From contig JAZNGH010000008.1 in NCBI GenBank assembly GCA_045576335.1, positions 26,142-90,141 on the forward strand: a stretch of 64,000 nt of DNA, in the 5' to 3' direction. A program made the translations under genes and the position numbers. Origin of the DNA: Candidatus Scatosoma sp. (GTDB taxonomy: Bacteria > Bacillota > Clostridia > Christensenellales > Borkfalkiaceae). Positions 38,035 through 46,537 of the stretch are shown here, piece after piece (position 1 is the stretch's first letter; the number at the start of each line of letters is the position of its first letter). The notes below the pieces were generated by a model. That model was given only the letters and a program-made list of their open reading frames with translations. It was not told the origin of the DNA and did no database searches.

Positions 38035-38601
38035 ATGAAAGGTGAAAAAGCCAAAAAAATAGCGGTGCGCTCGGCGAAAGAAATTTCTTTTGTCGCCGTG
38101 TTCGTCGCGCTCGTGATTGCGGCACAGCTCTTGCTTTCCGCTATCCCCAACGTGGAGCTCGTCAGCGTGCTTTTTATCGCTTATGCGTACGCGTTCGGGG
38201 CAAAAAGGGGCGTGGCGGCGGCGACGGCGTTTTCGCTTTTGCGCCAGCTTATATTCGGCTTTTTCCCAAGCGTGCTTTGTTTGTATCTCGTATATTATAA
38301 TCTTCTCACTCTCGTTTTTGCCTTTCTTGCAAAAACCTTGAAATCACCCGTTTCGGACCTACTTTGGATAGTGCTCACCGCTTGCGTGTGCACCGTCTTT
38401 TTTACGCTGACGGACGATATTTTAACGCCGCTTTGGTATGCGTACACCGCTTCGGCGGCAAAGGCGTATTTCGTCGCTTCGCTTCCTTTTCTGTTGCTGC
38501 ACGTAATCAACGTGGGCGTCACCGTCGCGTTTTTGTTCTTGCCGTTGGAGCGTGTTTTTCGCTTGGCGAGCGGCGCGTTAAGAATTCCACAAAAAAAGTA
38601 A
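38035..38601 (+). CDS. ECF-transporter S-component-like membrane protein (cobalamin-related by context)
   Basis: 188 aa, about 6 TM helices. In the same transcription unit as the B12 riboswitch. Confidence 0.55.
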   Translation: MKGEKAKKIAVRSAKEISFVAVFVALVIAAQLLLSAIPNVELVSVLFIAYAYAFGAKRGVAAATAFSLLRQLIFGFFPSVLCLYLVYYNLLTLVFAFLAKTLKSPVSDLLWIVLTACVCTVFFTLTDDILTPLWYAYTASAAKAYFVASLPFLLLHVINVGVTVAFLFLPLERVFRLASGALRIPQKK

Positions 38602-38631
38602 ATAATCACAAAAGGAAATTCTTTCAAAAAC

Positions 38632-38660
38632 TTGCTTTTCGTTATAGAATTTGCTATAAT
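38632..38660 (+). promoter_or_regulatory. Promoter TTGCTT-17-TATAAT reading into MITE copy 2 and the UDP-sugar pyrophosphorylase gene
   Basis: Hexamers and spacing read directly from the sequence. The -10 ends 7 nt before the element. Confidence 0.55.
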
Positions 38661-38667
38661 AGAAATA

Positions 38668-38867
38668 ACCAATTCAATATAATCCGAACTCGCGCAAAAG
38701 GCGTCTTTTTAGCGTCTTACGCCAAATGCGCCCTTATAGTACGCTTGTACGATTGCGGTCGCCTTTGACAAAATCCATCTAAAAATACGCTCTTTTGCGT
38801 GCGAGCAATTTTCAGTAGGCGACAAAATTCGCCACTCAAAATCGAGTTTGGATTATATTGAATTGGT
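38668..38867. mobile_element. MITE-like element copy 2 (200 bp), same TIRs, TA flanks, interior inverted relative to copy 1
   Basis: Same 25-nt ends as copy 1. TA at 38666-67 and 38868-69. The interior is the reverse complement of the copy 1 interior, minus the 74-nt block and with a few substitutions. Confidence 0.8.
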
Positions 38868-38892
38868 TAATATAACAAGTGAGGTTACGCTT

Positions 38893-40122
38893 ATGAATTA
38901 CGAACAGGCGAAAAAACTTTTGGAAAGCAAAAACCAAACGCAGCTTTTGGCTTACTACGACGAACTGGACGAGGCGGGCAAGAAAAAGCTTCTTGACGCA
39001 ATCGGGAATATCAGCTGGGACTTTGAAGAAGCCCTTGCCAACCCCGTGGATATGAGCGGTAAGGACAGAGATATCCGTCCCATTTCGGGGCTTCGTCTTT
39101 CGGCGATCGAAAAGAGAAAAGCGGAGTTTGAAAAAACGGGCGCGGACGCAATCAAGGCGGGCAAGGTCGCGGCGGTGCTGCTTGCGGGCGGTATGGGCAC
39201 GCGTCTTGGCGTGGACGGACCCAAGGGCGCGTACGATATCGGCGTTACCAAGCCCTTGTATATTTTCGAACAGCAAATGAAAAATCTTGCAGAGGTCAAT
39301 GCAAAGTGCGGCGTGTTCGTGCCTCTGTATATTATGACGAGCGATAAAAACCACGAGCAAACGACGAGCTTTTGGAAGGAGCACGGCTATTTCGGTTATC
39401 CCGAAAACTTGGTTAAATTCTTTAAGCAGGATATGGCTCCCGCCGTCGATTTCAACGGCAAAATCTTTTTGGAAACGAAGGATACGCCCGCGCTTTCTCC
39501 CAACGGCAACGGCGGTTGGTTCGGGTCTATGAAGCGCGCGGGCTTGGTGGACGATTTGCACGAAAAGGGCGTGGAATGGCTGAATATCTACGCGGTGGAT
39601 AACGTATTACAGCGCATTGCCGACCCCGTATTCGTCGGCGCGACGATCGATAGCGGCGTAAATTGCGGCGCGAAGGTCATTTGTAAAACCAACCCCTACG
39701 AAAAGGTGGGCGTGCTGTGTATGGACGGGAACCAGCCCGATATTATCGAGTATTACGAGCTGACCGACGAAATGGCAAACCAAAAGGACGAAAACGGCGA
39801 TTTGGCGTATTGCTACGGCGCGATTATGAACTATTTGTTCCGCCTTTCCAAGCTGGAAGAAATCGTAAACAAAAAAATTCCCGTGCATATCGTCGAGAAA
39901 AAGATTGAATGTCTTTGCGAGGACGGTGTGACGAGAAAGCCCGAAAAGGAAAACGGCAAAAAATTCGAAACGCTTGCCGTCGATTTGATTAAGCCTATGG
40001 GCAGCGTTCTGCCCTTCGAGGTCGTACGCGAAAAGGAATTTGCGCCCATTAAGAATAAGACGGGCGTGGACAGCGTAGAGAGCGCGAGAGAGCTTTTGAA
40101 AAAGAACGGAGTGGAATTGTAA
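38893..40122 (+). CDS. UDPGP-family (UAP1-like) UDP-sugar / UDP-N-acetylhexosamine pyrophosphorylase
   Basis: LLAGGMGTRLGVDGPKGAYDIG and NGNGG motifs. ATG at 38893 follows GTGAGG. Confidence 0.75.
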   Translation: MNYEQAKKLLESKNQTQLLAYYDELDEAGKKKLLDAIGNISWDFEEALANPVDMSGKDRDIRPISGLRLSAIEKRKAEFEKTGADAIKAGKVAAVLLAGGMGTRLGVDGPKGAYDIGVTKPLYIFEQQMKNLAEVNAKCGVFVPLYIMTSDKNHEQTTSFWKEHGYFGYPENLVKFFKQDMAPAVDFNGKIFLETKDTPALSPNGNGGWFGSMKRAGLVDDLHEKGVEWLNIYAVDNVLQRIADPVFVGATIDSGVNCGAKVICKTNPYEKVGVLCMDGNQPDIIEYYELTDEMANQKDENGDLAYCYGAIMNYLFRLSKLEEIVNKKIPVHIVEKKIECLCEDGVTRKPEKENGKKFETLAVDLIKPMGSVLPFEVVREKEFAPIKNKTGVDSVESARELLKKNGVEL

Positions 40123-40475
40123 TGGCGACCGAGCTGGAAGGAAACGTAAAACTGCAACGCTTTATTGAATTGCTTTGCGCGCTCAATCACCAAACGCGCG
40201 ATATTCTCAAAAACGGGGATATGCAGTTGCTTTCCGCCATGAACGCGACGGTCGAGGAAATGCGCTCCATTCAAAGCGTGGGCACGGAAGACGCGTTTAC
40301 GGCGATTGAGGAGGATATGCAAATCATTTGCAAAAACTTCAACGCCGTCGTTACTATGATCAACAGTAACGAAAAGGATAAAATGGACAAGACGACGAGC
40401 GAAGCGGTCAAGAAATTCTTGCATAACATCTTCGACGCAAACGTTCGAATCGTGCTTGCCTACGGTCTAGCTTAA
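40122..40475 (+). CDS. Hypothetical helical protein (117 aa), translationally coupled (TAATG)
   Basis: The start overlaps the upstream stop codon. No motif recognised. Confidence 0.45.
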   Translation: MATELEGNVKLQRFIELLCALNHQTRDILKNGDMQLLSAMNATVEEMRSIQSVGTEDAFTAIEEDMQIICKNFNAVVTMINSNEKDKMDKTTSEAVKKFLHNIFDANVRIVLAYGLA

Positions 40476-40483
40476 AAAACTTC

Positions 40484-40518
40484 AAAAACGGCGTTGTGGC
40501 AACACAACGCCGTTTTAC
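40484..40518. terminator. Bidirectional intrinsic terminator
   Basis: 12-bp stem AACGGCGTTGTG/CACAACGCCGTT with flanking A- and T-runs. Confidence 0.8.
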
Positions 40519-40519
40519 T

Positions 40520-40897
40520 TTATAAGATATTTTCCAAGCTGAAACGGTACGATTGCGGTATATTTTCACACATTCCCAGCAAAATTTCAATTTTCGGTAT
40601 CGCGCTGTCAAAGTCCCGCACGTATAAATATCCCACCGCTTCGTACAGCTGATAATCGACCTCTTGAATGGCGGAATGGGGCAGCCATATATGCAAGGTC
40701 TTTTTTTGGCTCTCCCAAAATTTTTCCGTCGCCGTTCCGTCCTCGTAGGTCACTTCGCCCGCTTCCGTTTTGTCGTATAAAACGCGTAAAACCTCGTCAA
40801 AGCGTTCAAAAGTCGTTTTGACGCGGTTGCCCTCGTAAAAGGACACCCCAAAAAGAAGAGAAAGCGTCACAAATATACTGATTATCGTCTTTATCAT
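40520..40897 (-). CDS. DUF4363 family protein
   Basis: N-terminal TM helix. The pattern and the pairing with DUF421 are typical of this family. Confidence 0.65.
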   Translation of the reverse strand: MIKTIISIFVTLSLLFGVSFYEGNRVKTTFERFDEVLRVLYDKTEAGEVTYEDGTATEKFWESQKKTLHIWLPHSAIQEVDYQLYEAVGYLYVRDFDSAIPKIEILLGMCENIPQSYRFSLENIL

Positions 40898-40905
40898 CGT
40901 TCACC

Positions 40906-41592
40906 TCACCAAAGCTGTTCTTGCCAGTCCAAACGCACGACCTTGTATTTTTCACCCTTTTGCTGAAAATACGTTTTGCCGTTCCCGTCCACGGTCATCA
41001 CGAGTACCTTTTTAAGGTCCTTGCAACCGTTTTTCCGTAAAATATCCAAATAATATGCCTCGCTCCGCTTGGTCATTTCCACGTTCTTTTTGTCGAATTT
41101 ACCCTCGTCTATCAAAATCACGGGCAAAGAGGTTTGCAATTTCTCGTAATCGGGCTTGGGCAAAGCGGAAAAAGTACCCTCCGCCTCGTACAGCGCGTAT
41201 TGCACGGCGTCGAGCGCGAAATACCCCTCCACGCGCAAGCTTTCAATAAGGTCGGCAACGTCGAGATTGTTCTTTTTCAGCTGGGTATCGTCAATGCCGT
41301 TTTTATTCAAAACGACGCTCGGGATACCGCTGATAACGTTCTTTGCCTTGCTGAAATTGAGGTCGAGCAGACAGATAATTTGGTGCAAAAGATAGACGGT
41401 CAAAATGGCGACTAACCCGTATAAAAGGGGAATGGAATTATCCGCCATAGGAATACAGGCAAGGTCGGCGATAATCAGCGTAATAACCAGCTCGTAAGGC
41501 TGCATTTCCCCGATTTGCCGCTTGCCCATCAGTCGCATAACGATAAGCGTGGCGATAAAAATGACGATTGTGCGAATAAAGATAAGTGCCAT
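40906..41592 (-). CDS. DUF421 (YetF-like) membrane protein
   Basis: MRLMGKRQIGEMQPYELVITLIIADLA signature. The likely start is MALIFIRT at 41592. Confidence 0.75.
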   Translation of the reverse strand: MALIFIRTIVIFIATLIVMRLMGKRQIGEMQPYELVITLIIADLACIPMADNSIPLLYGLVAILTVYLLHQIICLLDLNFSKAKNVISGIPSVVLNKNGIDDTQLKKNNLDVADLIESLRVEGYFALDAVQYALYEAEGTFSALPKPDYEKLQTSLPVILIDEGKFDKKNVEMTKRSEAYYLDILRKNGCKDLKKVLVMTVDGNGKTYFQQKGEKYKVVRLDWQEQLW

Positions 41593-41636
41593 AAAATAAG
41601 CTTGCGTGAAAATTGGAAAAATATGTACGCAAACGC

Positions 41637-41665
41637 TTGCTTTTTTATTTGGATAAGCGTATAAT
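41637..41665 (+). promoter_or_regulatory. Promoter TTGCTT-17-TATAAT driving the THF riboswitch
   Basis: Hexamers and spacing read directly from the sequence. Confidence 0.55.
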
Positions 41666-41673
41666 AGTAACAC

Positions 41674-41772
41674 AGTATGAGTAGCCTTTTGCGCGTGAAG
41701 TGCCGCCGAACGGGACGTTGTCGGTGGACGAAAGAGAATTTTCTCTGCGGTGCAAAGGCGCGTCCGCTACGA
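41674..41772 (+). promoter_or_regulatory. THF (tetrahydrofolate) riboswitch
   Basis: GAGTAG..GCGCGTGAAGTG..GAACGGGACGTTGTC..ACGAA..GCGGTG..GCGTCCGCTAC aligns block by block with the Eubacterium siraeum folT riboswitch as I remember it. Confidence 0.75.
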
Positions 41773-41918
41773 AAACGGAGGGGCAGGTATGCGTTGAATG
41801 CTATCTAATCTCTCTAAAAATCCTTGCGGACCTCTTTTTCAAGGAGGTTTTTTATTTTATGCAACACGAAAGACGAGCCTTTTACAAGCGTCTGTTTTTA
41901 TCGGGCGCGACAGAGGGA

Positions 41919-42455
41919 ATGAACAGAAATCACAAGCTCGCGTATATCGCGACGCTCGTCGCCTTAAACGTCGTCGTCAATACCTTTTCTTTACCGCTCG
42001 GTATCACACAGTTTTCTTTCACGCTGTTTACGTCGGCTTTGACGGGCATATTGCTCGGTCCGCTGTTTGGCTTTGCCGCCTGTTTTCTTGGCGACACGCT
42101 CGGTTTCTTCTTGGGCGGAGGCGTTGGGTATACGCCATGGATAGGCGTGGCAATGGGCTGTGCCGCGCTCCTTTCCGCGCTTGTGATGCACGGCGTAAAA
42201 TTGCCTTTTAAGGGCGGACTTTTTATCAAGCTTTCCCTCGTTTGTATCCTCGTGTTTCTCGTTTCAACCTTGGCGATTAACACCACCGCGGGGTACTATC
42301 TTTGGAATAAAAACAGCCTGCCCTTTTGGGAATATTTCGTCTTGCGGTTTTTCATTTTGGGACAAGTTTGGAACAGCCTATTCAATTACTTGCTCCTATT
42401 CGTTTCCGTACCTACCCTAAATCGGATAAAACCCTTGAAATTGAAGATAGATTGA
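41919..42455 (+). CDS. ECF transporter S component, folate family (FolT-like)
   Basis: 178-aa multi-TM protein downstream of the THF riboswitch. ATG at 41919 follows AGAGGGA. Confidence 0.7.
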   Translation: MNRNHKLAYIATLVALNVVVNTFSLPLGITQFSFTLFTSALTGILLGPLFGFAACFLGDTLGFFLGGGVGYTPWIGVAMGCAALLSALVMHGVKLPFKGGLFIKLSLVCILVFLVSTLAINTTAGYYLWNKNSLPFWEYFVLRFFILGQVWNSLFNYLLLFVSVPTLNRIKPLKLKID

Positions 42456-42468
42456 AAATGCGAAAAAA

Positions 42469-42509
42469 CCGTCAACATAGTTGACGAGTTTTTTTTATTG
42501 TGCTATAAT
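42469..42509 (+). promoter_or_regulatory. Terminator (CCGTCAAC-ATAG-TTGACG + T8) whose 3' arm doubles as the -35 of a TTGACG-17-TATAAT promoter for lgt
   Basis: Read directly from the sequence. Confidence 0.6.
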
Positions 42510-42536
42510 AGGATTACCAAAAAGGAGTAAAGTAGT

Positions 42537-43487
42537 ATGTATATGCCTAACCTTTTGGCTTTCGAGCCGCCCGGGATTGAAATTTTCGGGTTCAAAATTT
42601 ATGCGTACGCGCTGATTATCGTCACGGGTATGATTTTGGCGTTTTTCGTCATTTCCACCCTGTTCAAGCGTAGAAATATGTCAGGCGATTTGTTTTTGAC
42701 CTTCTTTTGTATCTGCCTGCCCATTGCTATTTTGACGACGCGTATTTTCTATTGCATCACCGACGGTATGCATATTTCCGAGTGGTTTTCCATCGAGTCT
42801 ATCCGAAGCGGCGGGCTTTCGATTATCGGCGGTATTCTCGGCGGGCTTGGTAGCGTAATCGTCGTTTGTATCGTGAAAAAGGTCAACTTCTTCCGTGCGG
42901 GGGACTGTATCGTCGTGGGGCTTTTGCTTGCACAAGCCATCGGCAGATGGGGAAATTTTGCCAACCAAGAAGTGTACGGAATGGAGATCACCAACCCCGC
43001 CCTGCAATGGTTTCCCTTTGCGGTGTATATCGAAAAGGAAGCGTCTTGGCATTACGCGTTTTTCTTCTACGAAAGCTTCGTCACTTTTACGGCGGCGGTA
43101 TTGCTCTTTATCAACGCTTGGAAAAACCCCTATAAGCCCAACGGCGTGAACACGGCGTGTTATTTCATCACCTACGGGCTCGTCCGTTCGATCATGGAGC
43201 CCCTCCGCGACCCGCAATATATCCTCGGCGCGGGCGGCGTGCAATGGTCGTTCGTGTTCTCGCTTTGCTTGCTCGTGGGCGGGATCGCCGCGCTCTTTAC
43301 CGTTCTGCTTTTGAACAAGCGGAAAGAGGGCAAGCTGTTCGGCTCGGCGCAGGGCGACCCGTACGGCATCACCGATTATATCGGCGATAGTAAAACGGAA
43401 ATTCCCTATCGCACGAAGATAAACATTATGTGCAAAATTTATCCCGATAAATACGAGGAAAAACCCGTAAAGGAGAAGAAAAAATGA
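42537..43487 (+). CDS. lgt: Prolipoprotein diacylglyceryl transferase
   Basis: GRWGNFANQEVYG motif in a multi-TM protein. The RBS is GGAG. Confidence 0.9.
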   Translation: MYMPNLLAFEPPGIEIFGFKIYAYALIIVTGMILAFFVISTLFKRRNMSGDLFLTFFCICLPIAILTTRIFYCITDGMHISEWFSIESIRSGGLSIIGGILGGLGSVIVVCIVKKVNFFRAGDCIVVGLLLAQAIGRWGNFANQEVYGMEITNPALQWFPFAVYIEKEASWHYAFFFYESFVTFTAAVLLFINAWKNPYKPNGVNTACYFITYGLVRSIMEPLRDPQYILGAGGVQWSFVFSLCLLVGGIAALFTVLLLNKRKEGKLFGSAQGDPYGITDYIGDSKTEIPYRTKINIMCKIYPDKYEEKPVKEKKK

Positions 43488-44938
43488 GAAATCTGACTTT
43501 GCTGACCGACTTATATCAGCTGACCATGGGCTACGGCTTTTTCCGTCAGAAAAAGCACGAGGAAGAGGTCGTTTTCGATTTGTTTTTCCGTAAAAACTCG
43601 CTGATTACCTATTCGATTGCGGCAGGGCTGCAACAGGCAATGGAGTATCTCTTAAACTGGCGCTTCGACGACGAGGATATCGCCTATCTTCGCTCCCTGC
43701 ACCTCTTTGACGAGGACTTTTTGGCGTACCTGAAAGATATGCGCTTCACGGGCGACGTGTACGCCGTTCGCGAGGGCGAGCCCGTTTTCCCAGGTGAGCC
43801 GATTTTGACGGTCAAAGCACCGCTCATTCAAGCCCAGTTCGCCGAAACCGCACTTCTTAACATCATCAACCACCAAACGCTGATTGCCACCAAATCCTCC
43901 AAGATTTGCCGCGCAACGGCGGGCAAGGGCGTAGTAATGGAGTTCGGGCTTCGGAGAGCGCAAGGTCCTGACGCGGGTATCAATGGCGCGCGTGCCGCGA
44001 TTATCGGCGGGTGCAGCTCCACCTCCAACGTCATTGCGGGACAAAAATTCGAAGTGCCCGTTGCTGGTACGATGGCGCATAGCTGGGTAATGGATTATCC
44101 CACCGAGTACGAGGCTTTCCGCGCGTACGCGGAGGCGTACCCCGATAACTGTTTGCTTCTCGTCGATACCTACGACACCCTTCGAAGCGGCGTTCCCAAC
44201 GCCATCAAGGTATTCAAGGAATTAAAGGCGGCGGGGCATAAACCCAAGGGTATCCGCTTGGACAGCGGCGACCTTGCATACCTTTCCAAAAAAGCCCGCA
44301 AAATGATGGACGAGGCAGGCTTCCCCGAAGCAATCATTTGCGTTTCGGGCGATTTGGACGAGCGTTCGATAAACTCGCTTTTACAGCAGGGCGCGAAAAT
44401 CGATTCTTGGGGCGTAGGCACGAAGCTCATCACCTCGGAGGATTTGCCTGCGCTTGGCGGCGTGTACAAGTTGGCGGCGGTGTTCGACGAAAAGGGGAAC
44501 GCTACGCCCAAAATCAAGCTTTCGGACAATACGGCGAAGATTACCAACCCCTCGTTCAAACGCTTGTACAGACTTTACGACAAAGAAAACGGTATGGCGA
44601 TTGCAGATTTGATTACGCTCCGCGACGAGATCGTAAACGAAAACGAGCCGCTCACCCTTTTCCACCCTGTGGAAACTTGGAAAACGCACGAGGTGGAGAA
44701 TTTCTCGGTAGAGGAATTGCAACATACGATTGTGAAAGAGGGTAAACTCGTGTATGAGTTCCCCAAGCTCTTGGAAATTCGCGAATTTTCCAAAGTCCGC
44801 CTTTCCAAGTTCTGGGAGGAATATTTGCGCCTCGATATGCCGCACGTGTACAAGGTTGACCTTTCCAAAAAGCTCCACACTTTGAAAATCGGTATGATTG
44901 ACGGCATTCGTCAAAACGCCAAAAAAGGAAAAGAATAA
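43484..44938 (+). CDS. pncB: Nicotinate phosphoribosyltransferase
   Basis: LTDLYQLTM, EFGLRRAQG, GTMAHSW. Confidence 0.9.
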   Translation: MRNLTLLTDLYQLTMGYGFFRQKKHEEEVVFDLFFRKNSLITYSIAAGLQQAMEYLLNWRFDDEDIAYLRSLHLFDEDFLAYLKDMRFTGDVYAVREGEPVFPGEPILTVKAPLIQAQFAETALLNIINHQTLIATKSSKICRATAGKGVVMEFGLRRAQGPDAGINGARAAIIGGCSSTSNVIAGQKFEVPVAGTMAHSWVMDYPTEYEAFRAYAEAYPDNCLLLVDTYDTLRSGVPNAIKVFKELKAAGHKPKGIRLDSGDLAYLSKKARKMMDEAGFPEAIICVSGDLDERSINSLLQQGAKIDSWGVGTKLITSEDLPALGGVYKLAAVFDEKGNATPKIKLSDNTAKITNPSFKRLYRLYDKENGMAIADLITLRDEIVNENEPLTLFHPVETWKTHEVENFSVEELQHTIVKEGKLVYEFPKLLEIREFSKVRLSKFWEEYLRLDMPHVYKVDLSKKLHTLKIGMIDGIRQNAKKGKE

Positions 44939-45594
44939 TGAAAGAAAAATTACCCGTGAAAAAAGAAGCAAAGACGACGATGAAAGGCTCTCGCCTTTTC
45001 GGCGTATTGCTGTTCTTGATTTTGATTGCAATCGACCAGCTCACCAAGCTGCTTGCCGACGTATATTTTAACGATATTGCGGGTGCGCCCGACAAAATCG
45101 TACTTATTCCCAATATGATTGAGCTTTTGATTAGCTACAACCGCGGAATCGCGTTCAGCGGTCTTTCGGATGCCGAGGAGTGGGTAAAAATCGCAATCGT
45201 AGCCGCAACGGGCGTGTTGATGACGGTTTTTGCAATCGTATATTTCAAAATGGACAAGAGAAGAACGCTCATTCGTATCGCTATCGTGCTCGTCGTTGCG
45301 GGCGGCGTGGGCAATCTTATCGACAGGGTATATTACCGCGTTTGGGACCCCACGACGGCGGCGATTATCCGCGACGGCGTACGGGATATGGTACGCGTGA
45401 ATATTATATTCGATTTCGGAGTCTGCAACTTTGCCGATTTTTTTATCGTCGGCGGTGCGGTGCTTTTGCTTTTGTCGTTGCTCTTTTTCGATCGCGAAGC
45501 GATTTTTCCCGTAGGGAAATATAAAGTCCTTGCCAAAGAAGCCGAGGAAAAGGCGGAGGCAAAGAAAGCGGAAGGAAAGCCACAGAATGGATAA
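44938..45594 (+). CDS. lspA: Lipoprotein signal peptidase II (with Lys/Glu-rich C-terminal tail)
   Basis: NRGIAFS, GNLIDR and FNFADFFI-like motifs. Confidence 0.85.
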   Translation: MKEKLPVKKEAKTTMKGSRLFGVLLFLILIAIDQLTKLLADVYFNDIAGAPDKIVLIPNMIELLISYNRGIAFSGLSDAEEWVKIAIVAATGVLMTVFAIVYFKMDKRRTLIRIAIVLVVAGGVGNLIDRVYYRVWDPTTAAIIRDGVRDMVRVNIIFDFGVCNFADFFIVGGAVLLLLSLLFFDREAIFPVGKYKVLAKEAEEKAEAKKAEGKPQNG

Positions 45595-46537
45595 ACGCTT
45601 GTATATCGCGGAAACGCCGTCAAAGCGGCTGGATACCTTTTTGAGCGAGCAGACGGACGAGTTCACTCGTTCGCACTTAAAAAAGCTCGTAGAGGGCGGG
45701 CAGGTATGCGTCAACGGCACGCCGCAAAAAAAAGCGGGCGCGGATATCAAGGCGGGGGACGTGGTGGAACTGACCGTTCCCGACGCGGTGGAATATACGG
45801 CAAAGCCCGAGAATATTCCCATTGAAATCGTGTACGAGGACGCTGATTTTGCCGTCGTAAATAAGCCCAAGGGTATGACGGTACATATCGGCAACGGCGT
45901 TGTAGAGGGTACGCTCGTCAACGCGCTGTTGTACGCCTTGGACAGTTTGAGCGGTATCGGCGGCGTATTGCGCCCTGGTATCGTGCACCGTATCGACAAG
46001 GACACGACGGGCTTGCTCGTCGTGGCGAAAAACGACAAGGCGCACGTTTCGCTTGCTGCCCAAATCGCGGAAAAGACCTGCAAACGCACCTATTACGCGC
46101 TGTTGGAGGGGGATTTGAAGACGGAGAGCGGTACAATCGTAACGGATATCGGTAGATCGCCGTCGGATAGGACGAAAATGGCGGTGTTGCCCGAGGGTAA
46201 GGGCAAAATTGCGATTACCGAATACCAAACGGTGGCGCATTTTGGACAAGAATTTACGCTTTGCCGCTTTCAGCTGCAAACGGGCAGAACGCACCAAATC
46301 CGCGTGCACGCACGGCATTTAGGTCATCCCGTCGCGGGCGACCCCGTGTACGGCTTCAAAAAACAAAAATTAAATGCCGTCGGACAGCTTTTACACGCGC
46401 AAAAGCTTGAACTCACCCACCCGACGAGCGGGGAAAGAATGTGCTTCACCGCGCCTCTGCCCCCTTCGTTTTGCGAAATTTTGCAAAAACTTTGTAAGCG
46501 CTACGGCGTGGATAAAACGGTAATGGAAATATGTTAA
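45587..46537 (+). CDS. rluD: RluA-family 23S rRNA pseudouridine synthase (RluD-like)
   Basis: S4 domain followed by HRIDKDTTGLLVVAKN and HQIRVH. Confidence 0.88.
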   Translation: MDKRLYIAETPSKRLDTFLSEQTDEFTRSHLKKLVEGGQVCVNGTPQKKAGADIKAGDVVELTVPDAVEYTAKPENIPIEIVYEDADFAVVNKPKGMTVHIGNGVVEGTLVNALLYALDSLSGIGGVLRPGIVHRIDKDTTGLLVVAKNDKAHVSLAAQIAEKTCKRTYYALLEGDLKTESGTIVTDIGRSPSDRTKMAVLPEGKGKIAITEYQTVAHFGQEFTLCRFQLQTGRTHQIRVHARHLGHPVAGDPVYGFKKQKLNAVGQLLHAQKLELTHPTSGERMCFTAPLPPSFCEILQKLCKRYGVDKTVMEIC

